A DNA stretch of 63,878 nt, filler included, from Octopus bimaculoides (taxonomy: Eukaryota), in NCBI RefSeq assembly GCF_001194135.2. It is 5 parts of 4 records of this genome, joined end to end, with 100 filler letters (N's around TTAATTAATTAA, not from the genome) between each part and the next. Parts side by side here need not be neighbours in the genome. Positions count along the whole stretch, not along the records: positions 1 to 20,079 come from NC_068993.1; 4 more parts are not named here. The stretch is one strand, 5' to 3'. Made by a program: the position numbers and the translations under genes. This document shows positions 1 to 11,567 of this stretch, one piece after another; within the stretch, counting starts at the first letter, position 1, and every line of letters begins with the position of its first letter. The notes below the pieces were generated by a model. That model saw only the letters and a list, made by a program, of their open reading frames with translations, was not told the DNA's origin and made no database searches.

Positions 1-238
1 TATATATATACGATGCGTACTGCCTTAATTCTTCGAAACGCCGGGGTTTTAATGGTGGCAGCTGATGAAGGGGATGTTTCTATGTGGCCTGCTTGTTTGT
101 TGCACCTTGTTTACCATTTTGTCCATGTTCTTTTGCCACGTCATGTACCCAGTTATGTATCTATATGTACATGTGGATGAAGGTATATACATACATGTAC
201 ATATATATGCATATACTCATATATTGTTTATATATATA

Positions 239-287
239 GGCGCACGCGTGGCTGAGTGTCAAGAAGCTTGGTTCCCAACCACATGGT
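239..287 (+). mobile_element. SINE family A, tRNA-like head fragment
   Basis: GGCGCACGCGTGGCTGAGTG..AAGAAGCTTGGTTCCCAACCACATGGT matches the heads of the other family-A copies in this window (e.g. 59440-59495 on the minus strand). Confidence 0.7.
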
Positions 288-299
288 GCTCCAGCGACC

Positions 300-399
300 A
301 GGAAAAACACATACACGCCAACACCGTTTGTCAAGCGTTGGTGGTGGGCAAACACAGACACAAAGATTGACAAACGCATAAATACACACACACACATAT

Positions 400-443
<44 letters not shown>

Positions 444-602
444 GATAAACTTCTTTCAAGTTCCATCTACCAAATCCATTCACAACGCTTTGGTCAGCCC
501 GAGGCTATCGTAGAAAGCTCTTGTCCAAGCTGCCACGCAGGACTGAACCTAGAACCATGTGGTTAAGAAGCAAATATTTTACTACAGAGCCACGTCTGCG
601 CC
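300..602 (-). mobile_element. SINE family A (tRNA head, CA/TA microsatellite middle)
   Basis: Contains the CTTCTTTCAAGTTCCATCTACCAAATCCATTCACAACGCTTTGGTCAGCCCGAGGCTAT block and head shared with copies at 4.6, 52.7, 54.8 and 59.3 kb. Confidence 0.85.
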
Positions 603-1445
603 AATGTCGACAAAAATATTCTTCATGCATTCTACAACGTTTTTTTCGAAGCTAAAGAAGTTATTTGAGAGAATTTTTTCTTATATATGAAGAAATTGGA
701 GGACATCATTCAGTTACCGTCACTTCTGCATTTCAAATTTGTTTCAGACATTTTCCACCATTATTCTTCACTAAAATTATCTTCAATAATTAATACTAAT
801 TAGATGCCTTCTCAAATTTCTAGAAATGTCTATTTATCGAACAAATTTATTAAAACATGTAAACAAGAACTGGTTATAGTCTTACTGAGAATAATTTTAG
901 GAAATACTACTAAAAGGAAGAAAATAATGATACTCCAGTCTGAAGGAAGTAGAAACCACATCTTGTGGCAGTTTGCCAACTGCGTCTCAAATGAAATTTA
1001 ACCAATTCCATTTAATTGATTCCACCGTCGTCCGTCTTAAACGATTATCTCAGCTTTCACACGGGTTAGTAGCAGCAAAGATAACTCGTTATACTAGATT
1101 TGCGTTTATATTTTACAAGGCCTATATCGTTTGAGTTAAATTGGTGTAGCGGCTTTCATGCAGGGAGTAAAGCAAATGTAGTTAATTACATGAAGTGGAA
1201 TAAATATTAATGAGGAAGAACAAACTGCCAATGGGTAGGAGATATAAAGAGTTGGAGTGAATAAACACTGATGGAACTGGAGAAAAACTCTAAGGACTCC
1301 TCCTGCATAAAAGCGAGAAGTTAAGTGATTGTTGCCTTATCGATATCATCTTATTTATCTTTAAACATCGTAGTTTAGAAGTTACATAAAATAGAAAATA
1401 CTGGATATGTTTAGGAAATTTACTAACTAGAAGTGAATTTAGTTC

Positions 1446-1750
1446 TGAGTCATAACATCAAAGACAAAGTGGTGGATCATAACAGGAAAACTAAAGTGGG
1501 TCTTAACATCAAAGTCATGCTGAGTCTTAACATTTAGGGTACGGTGGGTCATAACAGCAGAAACACGGTGGATCATATAAACAATGAAAATCTTTGGAAT
1601 AATATCAAAGCTAAGGTATAGGTCATAACATCAAAGCTTAGTTAGTCGTAACAGTAAAGCTGAGTTAAACATCAAAGCTGTGTCATAACGCCAAAGCCAA
1701 GCTGTGTCATAACAGAGAGTTAGGTTGGCTGATAACATTAAAGACAAGCT
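1446..1750. repeat. Degenerate 24-bp minisatellite (approx. GGTGGGTCATAACATCAAAGCTAA)
   Basis: CATAACA/CTTAACA cores at 1451, 1478, 1502, 1526, 1550 and 1574 (spacing 27, then 24), decaying towards 1750. Confidence 0.8.
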
Positions 1751-2433
1751 ACGGCGAGATTAGGATTACACTACCAAACGTTTTCTCGCTTTATTGGTTC
1801 CAATTTAAGAGTTGATATGACTGCTGTTTCTAGCTGGTCGAGTTGATATCAATGTTGTTTGTAACTCTTCCAGGATATATAATTATTCTCCTATATCTAT
1901 ATTTTTAAATTGAAATATTTTTGTTTCTCAGCGGCTGGCTAGGGTTAAAATAAAACCTGCCCAGTATTAAAAGAAAAAAAAAGCTAACTGAAGTGACAGC
2001 TGTCTGAACTTCTAAACTGGAGTCAATGGTTAAAAACCGATAAGAAAAGCAGACAAAACAAAAAGCACAGCTTGAGAAAGTTGCAGTTTTTCTGTTCAAT
2101 AATTCAAACAACACATGCATATATTTCCATTAATATGCATTGCTTCAGAGGGCAAATACTACAAATATTATCTTGTCAGAAGTATTTTAATACACATGTA
2201 TATACAATTTATGTGCACAAGACAACAAGGTAGCCATGATGTGGTCGTTCCATTTGCTAGAAATAGCAGGCTAATCACACACACCGTCTTTAAAAAAGAA
2301 AGACACAATTGGTCCAGGATATAGAAAACTACACTTGTGATCACAGGTCTGTTTGATCAGAACTGACCTGGGATCAAACACCAAGAGCATACATGACATC
2401 ATGCATACACTCTCTGCTACATACATACATATA

Positions 2434-2464
<31 letters not shown>

Positions 2465-2513
2465 TTATATACATTCATTCATTCTACTGCAACATAAATA
2501 ATATTATAATAAT

Positions 2514-2610
2514 GGTTTAAAATTTTGGCACAAGGCCAGCAACTTCGGGCGAAATGCCGCTAAGCATTTTTCCCGGCATGCTAACGATTCTGTCAGCTCG
2601 CCGCTTTAAT
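2514..2610 (-). mobile_element. SINE family B, internally deleted
   Basis: Tail motif AAATTTTGGCACAAGGCCAGCAA is joined directly to head motif GAAATGCCGCTAAGCATTT...CAGCTCGCCG. Compare the full copy at 5166-5382. Confidence 0.75.
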
Positions 2611-2726
2611 AATAATAATAATAATAATAATGTTGTGACAAAAGGCGAGAAGTTTTGAGAGAAGGAGATTAGTCGTTAATTGTGACTCTCTTCCAAAATA
2701 ACAACACTTCATAATATAAAATAATT

Positions 2727-2828
2727 AAGGCAACGAGTTGGCAGAATCATTAACACGCCGAGCAAAATACTTAGCGGCATTTTATCTGTCTTTACGTTCT
2801 GAGTTCAAATTCCCCCGAGGTCGACTTC
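2727..2828 (+). mobile_element. SINE family B, 5' part
   Basis: GGCAACGAGTTGGCAGAATC...TTCTGAGTTCAAATTCCCCCGAGGTCGAC (B-box-like GTTCAAAT). Confidence 0.8.
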
Positions 2829-3519
2829 CTGCAGGAATAAAGCCAAACTTGACGTCGGTGGGGTTTGAATTCCGTGCCGGATTAAGTACCACGAAACAAA
2901 TCTAACGCTTCTGCCAATTTCTGACTGAAATGTGCCTTATGTGGAAATTAAAGCAGTAGACGAGGCAATGACAAAAAGAAATATTTTTGTGCCCTTAACT
3001 CTGTCAACAATTGCTGTAGGTTTGAATTTTAAGACGAGAACATTGCATAGTGGTATTTGAGAATTTAAAGCTCGGAGAGAGAGGGAGGGAAGGAGAGAGT
3101 GAGGGAGGGAGAGAGAGAGTGTGAGAGAGAGAAAAAGAGATAGAGAGAGAGAGAGCGTATATGTGAGAGGGAGAGACAAAGAGACATACAAAGAGAAGAG
3201 TGATGGCACGGGTGGCGGTAATGGCTTGTGTAAACATATTCACTTGCACGGCGTATATCTGAAAAAAATTCAAAATCAATAAAATTGATTTCAACTCCAA
3301 AAACTTAAAGCAGTTTAACAATTTCTGTAAATTTCTTTTAATAATCGATCGAACTTAACTTATTCCCAGCAAGTGCAATGAAACAAAACTATTGACTTTA
3401 ATAAGTTGAATATCCACGTAGAAATGGTAGGTTGTGGTCTTTCTATCTTTCACCTCTTAGTTTCCATTTACTCATTTTTATCGCTTGTGAGTGCTGTAAA
3501 ATCGAAGTTTAAGATGCTG

Positions 3520-3585
3520 CCAGATGGATACTAGATGGATACCAGATGGATACCAGATGGATACCAGATGGATACAAGATGGAAA
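3520..3585. repeat. 11-bp tandem repeat (CCAGATGGATA) x6
   Basis: Read directly: four perfect and two variant units. Confidence 0.95.
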
Positions 3586-3702
3586 CTAATTGTATACTTA
3601 CGGGTGATAAGGCCATTCAGGAAAGTCTGGAATCTTATTTTCTTGTTATGTAAGATTGTGACTCTCTTCCAAAATAACAACACTTCATAATATAAAGTAA
3701 TT

Positions 3703-3932
3703 AAGACAACGAGTTGGCAGAATCATTAAAATGCCGAGAAAATTACTTAGCGGCATCTTATCTTCACGTTCTGAGTTCAGATTACCCCGAGGTTGACTTT
3801 GCCGTTCATCCTTTCGGAGTCGATAAAATAATATTACCAGTTGAGCAGTGGGTGGGTGGTAGGTAGCGTTATCTGTAATCGATTTAACCCTCCATAAGTT
3901 GCTGGCATTGGGCCAAAATTTGAAGCCATTAT
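3703..3932 (+). mobile_element. SINE family B, near full length
   Basis: Head, central GAGGTTGACTTTGCCGTTCATCCTTTCGGAGTCGATAAAAT domain and tail TTGCTGGCATTGGGCCAAAATTTGAA. Confidence 0.85.
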
Positions 3933-3964
3933 ATAATGTAATTTCCATATGCCATCGAACAGAG

Positions 3965-4150
3965 CAGAGGTTCTTAACCATCTTTTACCTATGGACTCCT
4001 TTGCTTCTTAATTTACTCTGGTAGACCCTCAAAGCCATTTGATGTTTTAAAAAATCCTATTATATCTTTATTATTAAATATTATTAGGAACTGAATTGTA
4101 TTAAAAAATTGTTGAAAATATTCCGTGTATTTTAGAAATATAAGCAACTT
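3965..4150. mobile_element. hAT-type MITE fragment
   Basis: Starts CAGAGGTTCTTAACC, resembling Charlie/MER5-type hAT TIRs. No clear partner TIR or 8-bp TSD found. Confidence 0.4.
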
Positions 4151-4255
4151 ATCTTAGTATAGCACCCTTAGTGTAGGGCCTGAGCAATATTGAACCCTGC
4201 CCAGGATGTTTCATTGCTGTCTGCGTACGCCTTTACCTACAAGACCACGAGGACA

Positions 4256-4360
4256 GCTTACGACCATATCATGCTGAATGCAGCGGTTCTCATCCGATCA
4301 CTGAGGTTAAGCAATGTCTAGCCTAGTTAGTACTGCTTGGAAAACCGCGGTACTGTAAGC
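4256..4360 (+). pseudogene. 5S rRNA pseudogene with a ~13-nt Box C deletion
   Basis: GCTTACGACCATATCATGCTGAATGCAGCGGTTCTCATCCGATCACTGAGGTTAAGCAATGTCTAGCCTAGTTAGTACT/GCTTGGAAAACCGCGGTACTGTAAGC aligns along its length to canonical metazoan 5S. The terminal helix GCTTAC/GTAAGC is intact. The TGGATGGG..ACC segment is missing. Confidence 0.88.
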
Positions 4361-4382
4361 ATCTTACAATTTACTAACTTTT

Positions 4383-4563
4383 ATTTGTTTCAGTCATTAG
4401 ACTGTGGCCATGCTGGGGCACCGCCTTAAATAATATTTTGTTGAATGTATTAAGCGCAATACTTATTTTTAAAAGCTTAGTACTTATACTATCGGCCTGT
4501 TTTGCCTAATCCCTAATTTACAGTTGTCAAGCGGTGGTGGTTGTGTGTGTGAGTTGGTGGGGA

Positions 4564-4616
<53 letters not shown>

Positions 4617-4762
4617 CAGGCTTCTTTCAGTTTCCATCTACCTAAAATCCACTCACAAGATTTTGGTCGGCACGAAGATATAATAGTAGACATTTGCTCA
4701 AAGACTGAACCCTGAACTATGTGGTTGGGAAGCAAGCTTCTTACCACACAGCCACGCTTGCT
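4383..4762 (-). mobile_element. SINE family A, near full length
   Basis: Tail TTGTTTCAGTCATTAGACTGTGGCCATGCTGG, internal (CA)n, head AAGCAAGCTTCTTACCACACAGCCAC. Confidence 0.88.
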
Positions 4763-5165
4763 CATAAATTTTTATAAAATGTCTCATAGGGAACCCTGTC
4801 GAGAAAACTTGGGCCCATATATGGGACGGTAAGTGCTCTGTCGACCGGTCAAGTGTGTTCTTGGTTTTAAAACTGATGACGAATCAAAAAACTGGTGAAG
4901 GTGATACACCTGCGCAGGGTTTGATGTCTCGATCCACAGAGATGAACCATGGGGATTAGGACTGAAGACACTTCTCACCCGATAACCTTCAGTTCAACAT
5001 TGTCACAGGCTCTTTCGAAAGTATCAGGAGTTAGCGGTGGGCTGAGTTCTGGGCATTTTGATTCCACTTCCGAGTTATCACCTCTCTGAGTATGAGATAT
5101 CAATATTCGTTTTAGTTGAATATATATGTATGCATGAATTTATGTACGATACATGTATGTACATA

Positions 5166-5382
5166 TTGGCTTCAAATTTTGGCATAAGACCAGCAATTTT
5201 CGGGGGGGGGGGTAAACCAATCACATCGACCCCAGTGCTTGACTGAAACTCATTTTATCGACACGGAAAGGATCAAAGGTAGAGTTGACTTTAGCGGAAT
5301 TTGAACTCAGAACGAGAAGACGAACGAAATGCTGCTAAGCATTTTACCCGGCGTACTAACAATTCTTCCTGCTCGCCGCCTT
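5166..5382 (-). mobile_element. SINE family B, full length
   Basis: Tail TTCAAATTTTGGCATAAGACCAGC, central domain, GAATTTGAACTCAGAAC and head GCTCGCCGCCTT. Confidence 0.88.
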
Positions 5383-5449
5383 CGTGTATGTATAAACTGA
5401 TGTGCGTACATGTATATAATGATTATATATGTATATAGCTGTTCGTGTG

Positions 5450-5496
<47 letters not shown>

Positions 5497-5759
5497 ATGT
5501 GTGCGTGTGCGTGTCCGTGTGTGTAATTAATCAATCTGTATTTGTATTTGTTCATCTTTCATATGTTTTGATATATAGTACATCGTTTGCTCCATTTTCT
5601 CTCTGTCTGTCTATCTAATTTTACCCCGCCTTATTTTGCTGTCTACACGTCCCAAACGCTTTCGATCCCTTTTGAACGTATTTTTCTTTCTTTCTTTCTT
5701 TCTTTCTACATTGTATTGTCCCCTCTATGTTTGGCCCTGCGTGGCTAATAAAGAAAGAT

Positions 5760-5811
5760 ATCCATCCGTCCATCCATCCATCCATCCATCCATCCATCTA
5801 TCTATCCATCC

Positions 5812-5865
<54 letters not shown>

Positions 5866-5955
5866 TTATTAAACACAGTGTACATTATTAAAGAGTCATT
5901 CCAGTCAATTTTACCAATAGGTTTCGCACTGGGTACTGGATGACCAGATATTAGA

Positions 5956-6003
<48 letters not shown>
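5760..6003. repeat. (TCCA)n/(TATC)n and (TG)n microsatellites
   Basis: Read directly at 5760-5866 and 5958-6003. Confidence 0.95.
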
Positions 6004-6007
<4 letters not shown>

Positions 6008-7356
6008 ATCAACACATCTAGCAACGATTTTGTAACTCAGTAGCAAACACAGAGAAACATTTATTATTAGTAGTATTAACAAAGGGCGGTAGATGGACGA
6101 ATATTAAAAGTAAATGTACAATTACCTCTTTGTATTTAGTTGCCTTTTGTGGGGTTTAGCGAAAGAGTGGAGAAATGACAGACAATGGAATAGCGGAATA
6201 AACGCTTCTGAGATCAAACTCTGTGGAGGTTGACTGTGCCCGTCGTTGTTCTGGCCAACGAAAATCCTGCTATGGATCCACATTAAATTCATTATTCATG
6301 AGCCTCGCTAAATAATGTATGGCCTTTTGCCAAGTATCAACAAACAACAGCGATATCAGCAACAACAACAATGACAACACACCAACAACATAACGATCCA
6401 AGGAGGAAACTACGAGCTAATGTGAGAAATGCTGCGTCTTCTCTCAACCTGCTAGAGATAGCAACTAAATCACACTCAAATTACTATTTGTATGAGGACA
6501 AGAGACATACATCAGCAGCAACAATAGTCCTTTAGGTCATAGTTGACTGGATTGGACACCTCCACAACAACAATGACAGTTCTAGCACAACCCCTATCAT
6601 TAACAACGATAAATATAATACTACGACACAAACTATAGCAATACCATACCGTATCTAAATCATTGATTTTTAACTTATATACAATAATAAACGATACATT
6701 TAGGAGCGAGAGGGAGGTTCTGATCCTATTCAATAAACTTCCGGTATATTGTTTGCCAAAATGATATTGCTCTCAGGCGGAGAGGGGAAATAACTAAATA
6801 CCACAAGATGTGTTTTCTCTCCTTCCACTACCCCCACCATTCGTAAATACAGCGCCCTCGCTCGTGTCGTATAAGAAAACCATGTCAAATTGTAAAATGT
6901 ACATCATTATGGCTATTTTTCTATTACCACCATCTTGTTATTAGCTGTCACCTGAAATCGATTTTCAGGTTTAATAGCGTAGGGCGACGTATTGTTCTGG
7001 TTTGTAGACACAAACCAGAATCAAACACCTTTGCAAGCTGACTCATTCCTCCTCTCCTCCCTTTCACTTCTTCACTCTGTTGTCTGGCTTTAGTAGTGAT
7101 GAGGGTGGTTGAGTGATAATCAAATATAAATAATATTGTTGTTGTTTGTGGTATCGTTGGTCGTCGTTGTTCACAATTTGTGGCGACGACAAAAGACTTC
7201 CTCAGCTTCTTCTCTCTAGTATGGTTGTTTCTGTTTCTCACCAGAAGGGTACAGGCTTGTCACCATCATTTCCAGCATTGTGATCTAATGGCAGGACCTC
7301 TTTTTCTGTCTGATTGTCTATCTGTCTGCATCTCTCTCTCTCTCTCTATCTCTCCC

Positions 7357-7482
7357 TCTCTCTCTCGTTATTTCTCTCTCTCTCGTTATTTCTCTCTCTC
7401 TCGTTATTTCTCTCTCTCTCGTTATTTCTCTCTCTCTCGTTATTTCTCTCTCTCTCGTTATTTCTCTCTCTCTCGTTATTTC
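7357..7482. repeat. 18-bp minisatellite (CTCTCTCTCGTTATTTCT) running into a gap
   Basis: About 7 units. This repeat produces the SLSRYF and EITRER ORF translations. Confidence 0.93.
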
Positions 7483-7788
7483 NNNNNNNNNNNNNNNNNN
7501 NNNNNNNNNNNNNNNNNNNNNNNNNNNNNNNNNNNNNNNNNNNNNNNNNNNNNNNNNNNNNNNNNNNNNNNNNNNNNNNNNNNNNNNNNNNNNNNNNNNN
7601 NNNNNNNNNNNNNNNNNNNNNNNNNNNNNNNNNNNNNNNNNNNNNNNNNNNNNNNNNNNNNNNNNNNNNNNNNNNNNNNNNNNNNNNNNNNNNNNNNNNN
7701 NNNNNNNNNNNNNNNNNNNNNNNNNNNNNNNNNNNNNNNNNNNNNNNNNNNNNNNNNNNNNNNNNNNNNNNNNNNNNNNNNNNNNNNC

Positions 7789-8034
7789 CAGCAGTCGCCC
7801 ATGCATACCGGCTTCCCCTCTCCACGCTACCGATGGCATTCAAGGGAAAGGCAAAGACCGATACAGCTTGGTACCAGTGATGTCGCAAATCATTTCTACA
7901 GCTGAGTGAACTGAACCAACGCGAAATAAAGTGTCTTGCTCAAGACAAGAGCACAACACGCAGCCCGGTCCGGGAATCGAACCCACAACCTCACGATCGT
8001 AAAATCGACGCTTTAACCACTGAGCCATCCGACA
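7789..8034 (-). mobile_element. SINE family C (tRNA head, CORE-like CTTGAGCAAGACACTTTATTTC)
   Basis: The minus strand reads GGATGGCTCAGTGGTTAAAGCG...GGTTCGATTCCCGG (A and B boxes), followed by a body shared with 12214-12420. Confidence 0.85.
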
Positions 8035-8092
8035 TCACACACACACACACACACGCAACAAAGCCTTGTGAGTGGATTATGTAGACGGAAAC

Positions 8093-8540
8093 TGATGATA
8101 ACTCGCCGGTTCACCAATACCATCTCTCGAGCTAGCTGAATCTTCTCGTCAGTGGTGGAGATTGACGGACGCCCTGCTCCCTCTTCGTGCGTCAAGCTTG
8201 TCCGGCCACTTTTAAACTTCTCGATTCACTTATACACACTTCTACGCAGTAGTGTACTGTCCTCGTATTGTGCTAAAAGCCTCCGATGAATTTCAGCACC
8301 TGACACACCTTCCGACCAGAGAAATCGGATCACTGCTCTTTGTCCATTTTGGTGCAGATTGCTAGTGGAGCGGCCATGCTTACACTGTAAAGCCAGACAA
8401 AAAAATGACGCGATCAGGCTCAAACTTCGATCACGTGACCACAATAGTACCAACTATAAGCACGAATGCGGAGAAGGCAGTGTAACAATAATAAAGATAT
8501 GTTATGGTGAAAGTGCGCATGATTTTTGACTTCCACTTGT
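8093..8540 (-). mobile_element. Mariner transposon, 5' fragment (TIR + HTH region)
   Basis: QRAVIRFLWSEGVSGAEIHRRLLAQY..GRTSLTHEEGAGRPSISTTDEK. The 5' end is homologous to 20353-20480 and has a flanking TA. Confidence 0.88.
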
Positions 8541-8543
8541 AAG

Positions 8544-8575
<32 letters not shown>

Positions 8576-10178
8576 CTGTATATGTATGCCCTTATCTGTA
8601 TGTCTCTCTCTTTCTTTCCCTCTCCGAAGAAGTGTCCGAAACATTATACTTCTCTTTTGATGACGTGACCCTAAGTGTTTCCTATTGATAGGAGAACGAC
8701 GTGACAGCGGCTGTGGTTGGAATGTCTTTGCTCGAAGGTCTACTAGATAAGTGCTTACCCGTAGATTAACGGCAACAAAATAAAACACTTAGTTTCACTT
8801 GGCCCTGAAAGATGAAAGGCAAAGCAGTCTTGGTGCGATTTGAACTCAGAACATAAGCAGACATTAAATAAATATCGGAATTGTTTATGAATTAGCAGTG
8901 CACTAATCTTATTTACATATATTGACATCTAACATGGACCAAAAGGAGAGCATCTATGTAATCATTCAACCTATTGGAAATAGCAGACATTTCTCTTTCA
9001 GATCACATCCTAACATCTTACAAAGAACACATCTGATAATGTAGTCTGGGATTCTGGGATAAATAGCAACAAAAGTAATTGATTAAAAAGTCCGTAATTT
9101 ATTATACAGTCCCTAATGATTTACGGGGTGGATCAAGGCTGAAAATTAGTAAAGCTCTTAGAGGTTGGATAGAGACCCTTGAGGTATTTCTGCCAGTTAT
9201 CTGTGCTCTGAGTTGAAATCCGGCTTTTACTGTTCTAGGATCAAGAAAATAATGTACCAGTCAGTTAATGAAAAGTTTTTCTTCTATAAGATGTTTTCGT
9301 TGTAACTTGAAAAAGGTTGAGAGGGAACATTCGTACTTACCCCCTTTCTGAAGACGAAATAGGTGAATGACTGACCTCTTCTTGTAGAAAATAAATCTGA
9401 CATTTAATTGGAAGCATTCAGAGACGATCTGTTACAGTATGTATCGGGCACTTTGTTTTACTGGATATTGTAAATTAGAAACCTGAATTGTGTTTCAAAT
9501 TCTTCAATCTACTTGTTTGGTTTCCTGTATTGAAACCTTTATAGCTGTGGGTGTATGGGCAATCTAGCAACTGAAAGAGTGTGATCAAACATGCGCTGCA
9601 AGGAAAACACTCGGGAGTAATGCCCTCCTAGCACTTCTTGGAAGAGCTCTCTAGGGAGAAAGATTTTCTGATTCAGAACCTGAGGATCGTTCAGCTTCTG
9701 GTCGTTGGGCTGCTGGGAGGAAAGCTGGTCTATCTAAATGCTGGGGACAGTTCTGTGCACATGTCAGATTCAATTCATGAACAGGAACTTCTCGGATAAT
9801 GCAGTATGGATTTCTCACAAGGTTCTGTGACGATAGGAAACAATGGATTATAGAAGTTTGACTAGCTGGAAATATGCGATTGCAAATCTGCATTTAGGTG
9901 GTTTTGGATATTAGATGCTTCTCCCCTAAGCTATGGCGATGGGAAATTAGAGAACACATAGAATAACTAACACTTTCCTGGAACAGCACAATTGACTGTA
10001 TATCAGGAGGGATCTAGAGTTGTGATCTAAACAAAGCTTGTCTAATTCTTGTGCTGACCAACAACTTAACTGATTGTGGGTGTCCTCTCTTTGAGGACTT
10101 ACATGGTAACATCCAAGGAAATTACAACTTTCCAAGAAGTAGTTATGTTCGGACAAGCGTTGACTTCTGTCATATACG

Positions 10179-11520
10179 TATGTATGTATGTATGTATGTA
10201 TGTATGTATGTATGTATGTATGTATGTATGTATGTATGTTCTCTTCTGCCTTTAATTATTTGAACTCTTGTAAGGAAAGGGCTGGTTTCTAACAAAGATA
10301 CAAAGCTCTATCCTTGATATGTAGGTACAAAAGCAGATTCATATTTTGGAATTTACTGTTTCGCTAACAGATTGTATTTGTAATGTGAAGGTTAGCGGGT
10401 TGATTTCTTTTTCTGGAAACCCTAGCTTACCCGGGTTGTCACTTTTGTATTTATTCACAAAACCAAGAGCACCGATCTTATTACTGGTGAAGATTTCGAA
10501 CCAGTTGTCCCAAGCTATCCTCTGTCACTGATTTTCGGAGAGATATTCACATCAGCAGGCAGGTGACCTCTAATGACGATACATACTCTTTTGTTGGTCT
10601 CAAACAACAATATCAGCCTATTATGTTTGCACTTGTTAGACGTTTTGATGGGCATGTTCCACCAACATTCCTTCTACTGATATTTGTGTTCAGCAACAGG
10701 GGTTTTCTATATTTATCTCAGGAAAGTTTTTCATATGGCATTGTTTATTATTTAAGCGACAACGTCGTGTATTGGAAGGTAATACCTTGGCATTTTCAGA
10801 CAACTGCTGCTGATCACGTGTGATGTCTTCTACAGAAAAGTGACAGTTGCATTTTCAGTTGCATTTCAAGGCTCTAAAGAGTTCACTGACTCTTGTTTAT
10901 TACGTATTTTCTAGCTATCTCCTTTTCTTAGATTGAAATTGCATATCCTTCAAAATGTGATGTAATGCAGCGATCACGAGTCCAAGAGAGGGAACACTTC
11001 ATGTTGATACAACCGTCGTCTTCAAGTCTGCGGGAAACACTCCCGTGCATTGTCTTTTCTCCTTCTTTTTCTTTTGGTGTGCTGAGCGTTTCACATCTAG
11101 ATCTTCTTTGAAGTATCTTAGTCCAGCTGCTTTGAGGTTGTCATGAAGAGAAGTGCATCTTGAGGAGCTCTCATATAACACGCAGGATGTTGTTCTCTTT
11201 GCTTTTCAACACTAAGTTAAGTATTTATTTTTGCAGCTGTCTGAACTGATCTCAAGCCTCAACCTCCTTCGGCTCTTCTTAGACAGGGTCTGTCGATATC
11301 ACTGTTTCTGTGGAAGTTTTCAACTGATGTAAGGATCTTGTGGGCTTCTATGTCTACGGAGTGAATTTCCTTTACAGCATCCCAAATGTCGGTATAGACT
11401 CAGGTACTGAAATTACATTGTGGGATATAGCCTTGTAAAAGGAGAGCTCCGACTACCATATTTTTCTAAGCCTGATGCAATATTCTTTATTCACAGTGCC
11501 TTCCTATGATGTGCATACAT
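10179..11520 (-). mobile_element. 5'-truncated R4/Dong-like RLE LINE with (ATAC)n tail
   Basis: Frameshifted minus-strand translation: DIDRPCLRRAEGG-GL, zinc knuckle C..CHFSVEDITHVISSC, ECWWNMPIKTSNKCKHNR(PD)IV..CIVIEVTCPADVNIS (PD-(D/E)xK type). (GTAT)n at 10179-10237. Confidence 0.8.
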
Positions 11521-11534
11521 GCATGCATACCTGC

Positions 11535-11567
<33 letters not shown>

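Noticed and set aside
7180-7905. 241-aa ORF with a signal-peptide-like start (MATTKDFLSFFSLVWLFLFLTRRVQA)
   Set aside because: The start codon is GTG with an in-frame stop upstream and no ATG. The rest is microsatellite and N-gap.
8093-8110. Two related mariner copies both disrupted right after the RVII codons (also ~20790)
   Set aside because: One is a truncation at a SINE and the other a short internal deletion. With two copies, coincidence cannot be excluded.
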